From: Bacillales bacterium UBA3206
Lineage (GTDB): Bacteria > Bacillota_I > Bacilli_A > Acholeplasmatales > Anaeroplasmataceae
Assembly: GCA_002363705.1 (NCBI GenBank)
Contig: DEWQ01000011.1
Coordinates: 154,168 to 218,167, forward strand
DNA length: 64,000 nucleotides
Direction of reading: 5' to 3'
Both the position numbers and the translations under genes were made by a program. Positions 28,602 through 38,077 of this stretch are shown here, in pieces. Numbering within the stretch: position 1 is the first letter of the stretch; each line of letters starts with the position of its first letter. The notes under the pieces were generated by a model. It ran no database searches. It was not told the DNA's origin and worked only from the letters and a program-made list of their open reading frames with translations.

Positions 28602-30551
28602 TTATCTAACTATATCTCCAGGATTCAAATTAGATGTAACAAGTTCTAGGTTTTCATCAAGAGCATCACTAGCACAAAGAAGCATTCCTTGTGACTCAAC
28701 ACCTCTTAGCTTAACTGGCTTTAGATTTCTTACTACGACTACCTTTTTACCTATTGTATCCTCTGGCTTATACCATTTAGCTATACCAGATACAATTTGG
28801 CGAACCTCACCACCAATATTTACCTTAAATACTAATAGCTTATCTGCCTTAGGATGCTTTTCAGCTGAAATGATTTCTCCCATTACTAGGTCAAGCTTAT
28901 CAAAGTCATCAATAGTAATTTCTGGCTTTTGTGGATTAGAGCTTACTTTGGCAGTTGCCTCTTTCTTCGCCTCTTCCTTCTTCAATACGTCTTCCATTAC
29001 CTTATTAACATCAAGACGTTGGAATAATACATCTATTGAAGAAACATTGTAGCTTTCCATCTTTCCAAATTGTAAGTCACTAAAGCTAATACGCTTTGTA
29101 TGAAGAGCCTCATATACCTTCTTAGCAGAAGCTGGTATAGCTGGCTCTAATAATACAGATCCAATTCTTATAGCCTCTAATAGATTGTATAATACATTCT
29201 TTAATACAGCCTTCTTAGACTCATCCTTAGCAAGAACCCAAGGTGCAGTTTCATCTATGTACTTATTGGCAGCACGAAGCATCTTCATTGCCTCCTCAAG
29301 TCCATCAGCAACCTTAAACTCATCCATTAGGATATGATATTTCTTGCATGCCTCATCTATTGCAGATAGAAGTGCATGCTCTGCATTCTCCTCATTTTCA
29401 TTATAAACTGTATCAGCCTTACAAATAGCCTCATCACCAAAATACTTCTTGCACATTGCAATAGTACGAGATACAAGATTTCCATATGTATTTGCTAAAT
29501 CACTATTTGTTCTTTCGCATACAAGCTCATATGTTAAATTACCATCCGCAGCAAATGGAATTTCATGTAGGCAGTAATATCTAACCGCATCAACACCAAA
29601 TTGTGCTACTAAATCATCAGCATAAATTACATTACCCTTACTCTTACTCATCTTATTGTGGTTAGTTAAAACCCAAGGATGACCAAATACCTGCTTTGGA
29701 AGCTCTACACCAAGAGCCATTAAAATAATTGGCCAATAAATAGTATGGAATCTTAAAATATCCTTACCAATTAAATGTACATCTGCTGGCCAATATTTCT
29801 TGAACTTAGGTTCAGAATCCTTATTTACATGATATCCAATACCTGTAATATAATTCATAAGAGCATCAATCCATACATAAGTAACATGCTTCTTATCAAA
29901 TTTTACAGGAATTCCCCATGTGTATGATGTTCTAGATACACATAAATCAGGAAGTGGATTTGCAAGGAAATTATTAAGCATTTCATTCTTACGAGACTCA
30001 GGTTGTATAAACTCTGGGTGTTTCTTAATATGCTCGATAAGACGTGGCTGATATGGAGTAAGCTTTAAGAAATAAGCCTCCTCTGATGCTTCCTCAACAG
30101 GGCCACCACAATCAGGACACTTTCCGTCTACTAAATCCTTCTCAGTAAAATATGACTCACAGGCAACACAATATAGACCCTTATAGGCTCCCTTATAAAT
30201 GTCACCCTTCTTATATAGCTTTTCAAATGCATCAGCTACCTCAGCCATATGATAATCATCTGTAGTACGGATAAACTTATCATATTCAATATTCATAAGC
30301 TTATCTGTAGCCTTTATTTCATTTGATACATTATCAACATGCTGCTTTGGTGTTATACCTAAAGCCTCTGCCTTCTGTTGAATCTTTTGACCATGCTCAT
30401 CAGTACCAGTCATAAAGAATGTATCATATCCATCCTTCTTCTTATATCTAACAATTGCATCAGCTAAAATAGCCTCATAAACATTTCCAATATGAGGCTT
30501 TGATGATGTATATGCAATTGCAGTAGTTAAATAGAACTTTTTATTTTCCAT
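28602..30551 (-). CDS. metG: Methionine--tRNA ligase with C-terminal tRNA-binding (EMAP-like) domain
   Basis: It has the HIGH motif 'HIGNVYEAI', 'KMSKSKGN' and a zinc knuckle 'CVACESY...CPDCGG'. Confidence 0.95.
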   Translation of the reverse strand: MENKKFYLTTAIAYTSSKPHIGNVYEAILADAIVRYKKKDGYDTFFMTGTDEHGQKIQQKAEALGITPKQHVDNVSNEIKATDKLMNIEYDKFIRTTDDYHMAEVADAFEKLYKKGDIYKGAYKGLYCVACESYFTEKDLVDGKCPDCGGPVEEASEEAYFLKLTPYQPRLIEHIKKHPEFIQPESRKNEMLNNFLANPLPDLCVSRTSYTWGIPVKFDKKHVTYVWIDALMNYITGIGYHVNKDSEPKFKKYWPADVHLIGKDILRFHTIYWPIILMALGVELPKQVFGHPWVLTNHNKMSKSKGNVIYADDLVAQFGVDAVRYYCLHEIPFAADGNLTYELVCERTNSDLANTYGNLVSRTIAMCKKYFGDEAICKADTVYNENEENAEHALLSAIDEACKKYHILMDEFKVADGLEEAMKMLRAANKYIDETAPWVLAKDESKKAVLKNVLYNLLEAIRIGSVLLEPAIPASAKKVYEALHTKRISFSDLQFGKMESYNVSSIDVLFQRLDVNKVMEDVLKKEEAKKEATAKVSSNPQKPEITIDDFDKLDLVMGEIISAEKHPKADKLLVFKVNIGGEVRQIVSGIAKWYKPEDTIGKKVVVVRNLKPVKLRGVESQGMLLCASDALDENLELVTSNLNPGDIVR

Positions 30552-30605
30552 ATAAAATCATCTCCAACATTTAAGATTATACTACAAAAAAACAATTTTT
30601 TATAA

Positions 30606-31454
30606 TTATTTATTATTCTTATAAAGAATATATTGATCATAGAGTTCATGCTTATCAAGATTTAGTGCCATAGCAGTTTCCTTAATAGCCTCCTTATTTC
30701 TATATCCTAATGATATAAGCTCATCAATCATTTCCATAGGATTCTTCTTTATAGCTTCCTCACTATACCCTGATACAAGGACAACCATTTCACCCTTTAA
30801 AAGTGATGTATCAGCTAATATTTCACTTATATTTCCCCTAATAATTTCCTCATATTTTTTAGTAAGTTCTCTAGATATTACAATATATCTATCCCCTAAA
30901 ACCTCAAGCATATCATTAAGGGTATCAATTATTCTATGTGGTGCTTCATAAAAAATAAGTGTATGTGTAACATATTTATATTCATTAAGCATCTCACATC
31001 TTTTATTCTTCTTACTATCTAAAAATCCAATAAAGGTATTTGGCATAGGTGGAAGACCTGATGATACCAAAGCTGAAAGATACGCACAAGCTCCTGGAAT
31101 AGTTGTGACAGCTATATCATGCTCGATACATGATACACAAATATTATATCCAGGATCTGAAATAACAGGATTTCCAGCATCACTTATAATTGCGACACTC
31201 TCTCCACCCATAAGGATATCTATAATCTCATCATTTTTTAATTCCTTATTAAAATCATGATAAGACCTAAGTGGTGTTTTAATATCATAATGATTTAAAA
31301 GTACCATACTATTTCTAGTATCCTCAGCATAAATATATGATACCTTCTTTAATGTCTCAACAGCTCTATATGTAATATCATCTAAATTACCTATAGGTGT
31401 AGCTACTAAATATAAAATTGCTTTATCATGGTTATAGCTATAGCATCTTTTCAT
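30606..31454 (-). CDS. rsmI: 16S rRNA (cytidine1402-2'-O)-methyltransferase
   Basis: Tetrapyrrole-methylase fold with 'LYLVATPIGNLDDITYRAVETL'. Confidence 0.85.
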   Translation of the reverse strand: MKRCYSYNHDKAILYLVATPIGNLDDITYRAVETLKKVSYIYAEDTRNSMVLLNHYDIKTPLRSYHDFNKELKNDEIIDILMGGESVAIISDAGNPVISDPGYNICVSCIEHDIAVTTIPGACAYLSALVSSGLPPMPNTFIGFLDSKKNKRCEMLNEYKYVTHTLIFYEAPHRIIDTLNDMLEVLGDRYIVISRELTKKYEEIIRGNISEILADTSLLKGEMVVLVSGYSEEAIKKNPMEMIDELISLGYRNKEAIKETAMALNLDKHELYDQYILYKNNK

Positions 31455-32230
31455 CTTGTCTCATCCTTTTGATTATAAACCTCTAAAGCCTCAGTTGTAT
31501 GGCTTCCATCACTATTGTGAACATAAAATGGAGGTAGAGCCTTAAGGCCACCTTCTCCTCTACCCTTTACAGCCTCTATTAAAACATGATTTGCACACAT
31601 ACCCTCCTTAGGATATATGAATTGTATTCTTTTAGGCTCAAGCCTATTATCTCTTAAAGCCTTTAAAATATCTGTAAGCCTATCTGGTCTATGAACAAGT
31701 GCAAACACTCCAGCATCATTTAATAATGCTGCTGCCTCCTTGCATAAATCAAATATATTAAGCATTACCTCGTGCCTTGCAATAGTTTTATAATCATTTT
31801 TATTAATATTTGATGTTTCATTATATTTAAAGAATGGTGGATTAGATAAAACCACATCATACTTTTTCTGATATTTTTTTGCGAAGCCTCTAATATCATC
31901 ATGATATAGACTTATTCTATCCTCTAGCATATTAAGCTTTATAGATCTTCTTGCGAGATCGAGTGATCCCTCTTGTATTTCTACCGCATCTATATGAGCC
32001 TTAGTCCTTAATGTTAAATACATTGCAATAGGCCCGTTCCCACACCCAAGGTCAATAATATTCTTAGCATTAGGCTTTAATGTTACAAAATGGGCTAGGC
32101 ATACTGAATCAATTGAAAAATTAAATCTATCAGGATCCTGAATAATCTTATAATATGGATATCCTAAAAGCTCATTAATTACTTCCATTATTCTTTCTCT
32201 TTCTATTCTTAGGATCGAATTTAACCTCAT
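31451..32230 (-). CDS. SAM-dependent N6-adenine methyltransferase (YabB/TrmN6-like)
   Basis: It has 'DLGCGNGPIA' and an 'NPPFF' motif, and sits in the conserved holB-ricT-yabB-rsmI-metG order. The true start may be the M at 32188. Confidence 0.7.
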   Translation of the reverse strand: MRLNSILRIERERIMEVINELLGYPYYKIIQDPDRFNFSIDSVCLAHFVTLKPNAKNIIDLGCGNGPIAMYLTLRTKAHIDAVEIQEGSLDLARRSIKLNMLEDRISLYHDDIRGFAKKYQKKYDVVLSNPPFFKYNETSNINKNDYKTIARHEVMLNIFDLCKEAAALLNDAGVFALVHRPDRLTDILKALRDNRLEPKRIQFIYPKEGMCANHVLIEAVKGRGEGGLKALPPFYVHNSDGSHTTEALEVYNQKDETR

Positions 32231-33017
32231 TCATCTTAAGGTATCCAAATCCTTCATTATCAATATATTTAACCTTTAGGTTTTGATTAATAATATCTGA
32301 TGTTATAACCTTCGCAAGACCATTATCAGTTTCTACAATATCTCCAACATCAGGAGCATTTTTTCTAAGCTCAGTGTATAAATCATTTTCATAATTAATA
32401 CAGCATAAAAGCTTACCACAATTACCACTAATCTTAGTTGGATTTAAAGATAAGCTTTGGTTCTTTGCCATCTTTACTGAAACATTTTGGAAATCTGTAA
32501 TCCATGTTTGGCAGCACACCATAAGCCCACATGGTCCAACTCCTCCAAAATATTTAGCCCCATCTCTAGATCCTACCTGTCTAAGCTCAATACGTGTTCT
32601 ATAAACATCTGCTAAATCCTTAACAAGATTTCTAAAATCAACCCTATCCTCACTCTCAAAATAGATAATAAGCTTTGATTTATCTAATGTATATTCACAT
32701 GATAGAACCTTCATATCAAGTCCTTCTCTTATAACAAGCTCCTTAGTCCTTTGAATAATTTTTGGTTCCTCATCAAGATTTCTTCTATATCTTGTAATAT
32801 CATCATTTGTAGCAACCCTTATTACATCCTTAAGCTCACCATCAATCCCTTTTGGATCTAGGTCAAACATATCACCACAAACATATCCAATTTCTTGTCC
32901 GCGAATAGTATTTACAACAACCATATCTCCATCAGATAAATTAAATCTTTCGCATCCGAAGAAATATCTTTTTCCAAGCTTTTTAAATTGTACCTTACAA
33001 GCCTTCATACAATTCAC
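32175..33017 (-). CDS. ricT: PSP1-domain protein RicT/YaaT
   Basis: It has the PSP1 C-terminal domain 'GGVGPCGLMVCCQTW...GNCGKLLCC' and conserved synteny after holB. Confidence 0.8.
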   Translation of the reverse strand: MNCMKACKVQFKKLGKRYFFGCERFNLSDGDMVVVNTIRGQEIGYVCGDMFDLDPKGIDGELKDVIRVATNDDITRYRRNLDEEPKIIQRTKELVIREGLDMKVLSCEYTLDKSKLIIYFESEDRVDFRNLVKDLADVYRTRIELRQVGSRDGAKYFGGVGPCGLMVCCQTWITDFQNVSVKMAKNQSLSLNPTKISGNCGKLLCCINYENDLYTELRKNAPDVGDIVETDNGLAKVITSDIINQNLKVKYIDNEGFGYLKMNEVKFDPKNRKRKNNGSN

Positions 33018-33971
33018 CTACCTAAATAGTATTATTGGAAGCCTATATGCTAAATTACGAGCTAAGACATTATTATCTAGCATTCTAATACACTCAAGTA
33101 TAGACTTCAATTCTCTTTCTATTTTATCATTTTCACTTGCCTTTTTATAGCGTGAAATTAATTGCTTAAAATCATTAAATCTTAAAGGACTCTCATATAG
33201 CATATCCTCAATCATAAGTGATAATATATCTAATAGCATTCTCATGTTTTTTTGATCTGAAAGAAGCGAAATATTATTCATAATAATAGTCATAGCTTCT
33301 ATTTCCTTAGATGCTTCTAAAAGAGAGATTACTATATTCTTTATCATTTGATATGAATCATCCTCAAGTATTTGAAGAGCCGCCTCTTTATTATTTGTTA
33401 GCTCCTTTATAATTGAGGCATCCATCTTTTCCATACCACTTTCTATAAGCTCCTTATAGAGTATAGACTTATCCTTAGATTTAAATTTTACAATATTACA
33501 TCTTGAAATAATGGTTGGAAGAATATTAGATACATTGTTTGTTATAAGTATACCATGAACACCAAGAGGTGGTTCCTCTATAAACTTTAATAGCATATTA
33601 GATGTCTTTTGGTTTAGCTTATCAGCATCATGGATAATAAATACTCTATCTCCTTCTACAAGAGATGTCTTACTAAACTCCCTTAGTAAGGCTTCTACAT
33701 CATCCTTTACTATTTCATTTTTTCTAGGTGATATTTCAAATAGATTTATAAAATCATGATCAAATATAGCCTTTGTTTTAGGAGATTCAAATGATACCTC
33801 TCCATCGCTATTAACAAGAGCTGTAAAATATAAGGCCATAGCCTCCTTTCCAACTCCCTTATCACCTGCAAAAATATAGGCATGTGATAAGCGATTGTTT
33901 TTATAGCTTTGATCAAGCATCATCTTAACCTCTTTTTGTCCCATTATATAATCGCTTATCACACAAATCAC
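33018..33971 (-). CDS. holB: DNA polymerase III delta' subunit
   Basis: It has 'SHAYIFAGDKGVGKEAMALYF' and sits between tmk and ricT. Confidence 0.85.
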   Translation of the reverse strand: MICVISDYIMGQKEVKMMLDQSYKNNRLSHAYIFAGDKGVGKEAMALYFTALVNSDGEVSFESPKTKAIFDHDFINLFEISPRKNEIVKDDVEALLREFSKTSLVEGDRVFIIHDADKLNQKTSNMLLKFIEEPPLGVHGILITNNVSNILPTIISRCNIVKFKSKDKSILYKELIESGMEKMDASIIKELTNNKEAALQILEDDSYQMIKNIVISLLEASKEIEAMTIIMNNISLLSDQKNMRMLLDILSLMIEDMLYESPLRFNDFKQLISRYKKASENDKIERELKSILECIRMLDNNVLARNLAYRLPIILFR

Positions 33972-34601
33972 CTATCCTTTAATTACTTTATCTAATACAT
34001 CTGTTATTTGCTTAATAACTAATTCTGGAGCTTGCTCTCCATCAATTCTTTTTATACGCTCTGGATACATTCCCATAACCTCAAGATATCCATTGTATAC
34101 CTTATTATGAAAATCTATTGACTCTAAATCAAGCCTATCCATCTTATCCCTTCCGGAAAGCCTTTTAAGGCCAACCTCAGGTCTTACATCAAGAAAGAAT
34201 GTAATATTTGGCATGTATGAAAGAGCAAATCCATTAGCTCTTTCTACATTTTTAATTCCAACACCTCTTGCGACACCCTGATAAACAAATGATGAATCAA
34301 TATACCTATCAAGAATAACTACTATTCCATCATTTAATGCTGGAATAATCTTCTCATTAAGAAGCTGTATGCGTGAAGCCGCATATAGCAATGTTTCACA
34401 CTCAGGTGTCATCATAGTATTCTCTTTATCTAAAATAACAGATCTTATCTCTTCACCAATTTTAATACCACCAGGCTCTCGAGATACAAGTGTTTTATAT
34501 CCTCTAGATAAGAAATATTCATTTATAGCATTTATGGCAGTAGATTTTCCACTACCCTCTCCACCTTCAAGTGTGATAAATAAGCCCTTCATTTTAAGCA
34601 C
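33972..34601 (-). CDS. tmk: Thymidylate kinase
   Basis: It has the P-loop 'LEGGEGSGKST' and 'DRY'. Confidence 0.9.
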   Translation of the reverse strand: MLKMKGLFITLEGGEGSGKSTAINAINEYFLSRGYKTLVSREPGGIKIGEEIRSVILDKENTMMTPECETLLYAASRIQLLNEKIIPALNDGIVVILDRYIDSSFVYQGVARGVGIKNVERANGFALSYMPNITFFLDVRPEVGLKRLSGRDKMDRLDLESIDFHNKVYNGYLEVMGMYPERIKRIDGEQAPELVIKQITDVLDKVIKG

Positions 34602-34604
34602 CTC

Positions 34605-35333
34605 TTAATAATAAACCTTAACCAAATATAATCCCTGTGGATCAGCACACATTCTAGAAATTGTAGGATCCTCTGTTAAAAATACCTTATCTATAGTATC
34701 TAATACATCTCTTCCTCTTCCAATTTCTAATACTATACCCATCATTCTTCTAATTTGATATTTTAAAAATCCACTTCCCTTAAATACAAATCTAAGGGTT
34801 GTTCCTTCTTCAATAATATATGCCTCATCAAGTGTTTTAACAAAATCCTTACCAACAATATTTGAGGCACTACAAAAGCCTTTAAAGCTATGTGTTCCAC
34901 ATAACCTTTTTAAGGCCTCCTTCATTAAATCAATATCAAGATTATAATAAAACGCCTTATATCTTCTTTCAAAAAGATTATATTCTGCAGTTTCAACAAG
35001 ATAATGATATTCCTTTTTCTTTGCACTAAAGCGTGCATGAAAATCATCACTCACATATTCAACACTAATAACTCTAATATCTAGGGGAAGAAAGCTATTT
35101 AAGGCTCTAATCCATCCATCCTCTGTAATATTCTTATTAGTATCAAAATGTATTACCTGCCCTAAGGCATGAACACCTCTATCTGTTCTTCCTGAGGCAA
35201 ATACCTTAATATCCTCACCACTAACCTTCTTTAAAGCCTTTGTAAGCTCAAGCTCAACAGTTCTTAAATCATCTTGAATTTGATATCCCATGAAATCAAA
35301 GCCATCATATGAAATAGTGCATTTAATTCTCAT
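34605..35333 (-). CDS. truA: tRNA pseudouridine(38-40) synthase
   Basis: It has 'RTDRGVHALGQVIHFD'. The start is taken at 'MRIKCTISYDGF' (35333) rather than the longer track ORF. Confidence 0.9.
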   Translation of the reverse strand: MRIKCTISYDGFDFMGYQIQDDLRTVELELTKALKKVSGEDIKVFASGRTDRGVHALGQVIHFDTNKNITEDGWIRALNSFLPLDIRVISVEYVSDDFHARFSAKKKEYHYLVETAEYNLFERRYKAFYYNLDIDLMKEALKRLCGTHSFKGFCSASNIVGKDFVKTLDEAYIIEEGTTLRFVFKGSGFLKYQIRRMMGIVLEIGRGRDVLDTIDKVFLTEDPTISRMCADPQGLYLVKVYY

Positions 35334-36307
35334 TAGAATATCCACCTCCAGCATATTATTCCAATTAATGATCCAAGGCATAGAATTAAGCCAAAATAAT
35401 CCATTAGATGTAGCTTAAGCTTATCATATCTAGTTCTTTTAGCATCTAAATCATATCCTCTTGCGACCATAGCATTTGAAAGCTCCTCTGCTCTTCTAAA
35501 TGAAATAACAAACATAGGAACTAATAAGGAAATAACCTGTGTTACCTTGCTCTTAAGCCCTCCTTCAGAGAAGTCTACTCCTCTAGAGCTTTGAGCATCC
35601 ATTATCTTTCTTGTTTCCATTAAAAGAGTTGGAATAAATCTTAAAGTAAGTGATAACATCATTGAAAATATTGAAACTGGTATATGCAATAGCTTTAATG
35701 GAGATAATACACTTGATATACCATTATTAATCTCCATAGTTGATGTAGTAAATGTTAAAAGGGATGTAATAGATATCATAAGTATTACACGTATAGCTAC
35801 AAATCCTCCCTTTATAACACCCTCCTCATACACCTTTAATCTATATGATAGGTTAAATAATAAATCATTATTTATGAAATATTGAACAACAAAGAGGGAT
35901 GATACCATAATAAGGAAATATATCATTTTTAGTGGTATATACTTCTTTGTCAAAAGATAGAAGGCAAGAATTCCTAAAATAATAGCTAATGTTATAAAGC
36001 TAAAATGGAATTCCATTATTTTAATAAGTGTATCCTCACTACCCTTTGTATAGCATATTTGTAATATGAAGGTAAATATCATAAGATATACAACAGGCTT
36101 TAGACCTAGAAGCATCTTCATAAGTGGTATACGTGTTGTAATAAATACTAGCACAAATAAACCAAGTGCTATACTAACACTTATAAGAGATGGTAATATA
36201 AATGTTATTACCATAAGTATTATTGTAAGAATTATTTTCATTCTAGGATCCATTTTATAGATCCAAGATGAGCCTGGAATATATTGACCAATAGTTATAT
36301 TATCCAT
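35333..36307 (-). CDS. ecfT: ECF transporter transmembrane (T) component
   Basis: It is a CbiQ-like polytopic membrane protein and follows ecfA1 and ecfA2 in transcription order. Confidence 0.8.
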   Translation of the reverse strand: MDNITIGQYIPGSSWIYKMDPRMKIILTIILMVITFILPSLISVSIALGLFVLVFITTRIPLMKMLLGLKPVVYLMIFTFILQICYTKGSEDTLIKIMEFHFSFITLAIILGILAFYLLTKKYIPLKMIYFLIMVSSLFVVQYFINNDLLFNLSYRLKVYEEGVIKGGFVAIRVILMISITSLLTFTTSTMEINNGISSVLSPLKLLHIPVSIFSMMLSLTLRFIPTLLMETRKIMDAQSSRGVDFSEGGLKSKVTQVISLLVPMFVISFRRAEELSNAMVARGYDLDAKRTRYDKLKLHLMDYFGLILCLGSLIGIICWRWIF

Positions 36308-37166
36308 TTAGCCTCACCTCCATCAAATAGCTTAAAAGCTCCTCCTTAGTATGAATTGTATAAGGAATCTTTAAGCCTAAGCGTTGATTAAGATAATCTA
36401 TCATAGATAATATCTCTGGCTTTTCTAGGTGATAATCCTTATAAGACTCTGTCTTAAAAAGATCCTCCTTACTACCATCATAAACAAGCCTTGCGTCCTT
36501 CATTACAAGAACACGTGTAGCATATTTATACATTATATCCATATCATGAGTAATCATAATTATAGTCTTATGCATATTCTTATGGATATTATAAAATACC
36601 TCCATAATTTCTTCCATGGTCTTAGGATCTAATCCTCTAGTTGGTTCATCAAGTATTAATATATCAGGATTATAAGCTAAAATTCCTGCGATAGCGACCT
36701 TTCTCATTTGTCCACCGGATAAATTAAATGGTGACTTTTTCAAAAGCTCCTTATCGATATTTAATAGCTCACACACATTAATTACATTTTCCTTAATCTC
36801 TTCCTGACTAAATCCAAAATTCTTTGGAGCGAATATTATATCCTTATAAACATTTTCCTCAAATAGTTGATATTCAGGAAATTGAAATACAAATCCTATT
36901 CTTTTTCTTATAGGCTTAAGCTTAGGATTATGATTCTTTCTTTTTGTAAACTCCTTATCAAATAATACGACCTTACCCTCTGTTGGTAATAATAGGCCAT
37001 TCATATGAGATATAAGAGTTGATTTACCGCTACCTGTTTTACCAATAACTGCAATAAACTCATCCTTATCAGAAATATCAAGATTAATATTATCAAGGGC
37101 AATTGTAATGTCCTTTCTTTTAACACCGCGATATTTATGTCCTACTTCTTTAAATGATATTCCCAT
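36300..37166 (-). CDS. ecfA2: ECF transporter ATPase subunit A2
   Basis: ABC ATPase motifs 'GKTGSGKSTL', 'LSGGQMRKVAIAG' and 'ILDEPT'. Confidence 0.85.
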   Translation of the reverse strand: MGISFKEVGHKYRGVKRKDITIALDNINLDISDKDEFIAVIGKTGSGKSTLISHMNGLLLPTEGKVVLFDKEFTKRKNHNPKLKPIRKRIGFVFQFPEYQLFEENVYKDIIFAPKNFGFSQEEIKENVINVCELLNIDKELLKKSPFNLSGGQMRKVAIAGILAYNPDILILDEPTRGLDPKTMEEIMEVFYNIHKNMHKTIIMITHDMDIMYKYATRVLVMKDARLVYDGSKEDLFKTESYKDYHLEKPEILSMIDYLNQRLGLKIPYTIHTKEELLSYLMEVRLNG

Positions 37167-37948
37167 ATGGCATCCATAAGCTCCTTATCATTCTTTAATT
37201 CTTGATTATTACACATATCATAAAAATCTAGGTCAAAGGGTAGCTCTAGATTAGATGAAGCTAGCATTTTTTTATCAGCAAATACATCCATAGGCTTTCC
37301 TTCAGCTATCTTTTTACCCTCACGAAGAACAATAACATTATCACTTAATGCGGCTAAATTAAGATCATGTGTTATTGTAATAACTGTTTTATGATATTGA
37401 CTCTTTAATACTTTAATAAGATTTACCACATCCAAAGTACCTTCTGGGTCTAGCATTGATGTGGCCTCATCAAGAATAATATATTTTTGATTTAATGCAA
37501 GAATTCCTGCGATAGCAACCCTTTGCTTCTCTCCACCAGATAGTGTATGTGGTTCACGCTTAAGCTTATCAAGCATTGATACCTTTTCGGCATATTCAGA
37601 TACAAGGCGATGCATTGTATCATGCTCAATTTGTAGGTTTTCAAGTCCAAATGCAATATCGTGCTCTACATCTACGCCAACAAATTGGTTGTCTGGGTTT
37701 TGGAATACTATTCCAATATTCTTTCTAATTTCTGGTGCAGTAGTCTCAGAAAGCTTAACTCCATCAACAATTATTTCTCCCTTTTGAGGAGAAATAAGAT
37801 TGATTAAAAGCTTAGATATAGTAGATTTTCCACTACCATTGTGTCCAATAATAGACACCCATGAATCATCAGGTATGACAAAAGAAACGCCTCTTAAAGC
37901 GATATCTTCCTTGGTATATGCAAACTTAACATCCTTTACCTCTATCAT
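37142..37948 (-). CDS. ecfA1: ECF transporter ATPase subunit A1
   Basis: ABC ATPase motifs 'GHNGSGKSTISK', 'LSGGEKQRVAIAG' and 'ILDEAT'. Confidence 0.85.
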   Translation of the reverse strand: MIEVKDVKFAYTKEDIALRGVSFVIPDDSWVSIIGHNGSGKSTISKLLINLISPQKGEIIVDGVKLSETTAPEIRKNIGIVFQNPDNQFVGVDVEHDIAFGLENLQIEHDTMHRLVSEYAEKVSMLDKLKREPHTLSGGEKQRVAIAGILALNQKYIILDEATSMLDPEGTLDVVNLIKVLKSQYHKTVITITHDLNLAALSDNVIVLREGKKIAEGKPMDVFADKKMLASSNLELPFDLDFYDMCNNQELKNDKELMDAIWEYHLKK

Positions 37949-38077
37949 ACCAAATTATCTCCTTACACAATATTACTATTATATTATATCAAAAAAGTAT
38001 ATTTAAAGCATTACAGAATTACAAAAAAAAGGCGGTAACTCAATCTATGGTTATCGCCTTCTATTGATTAACTAATC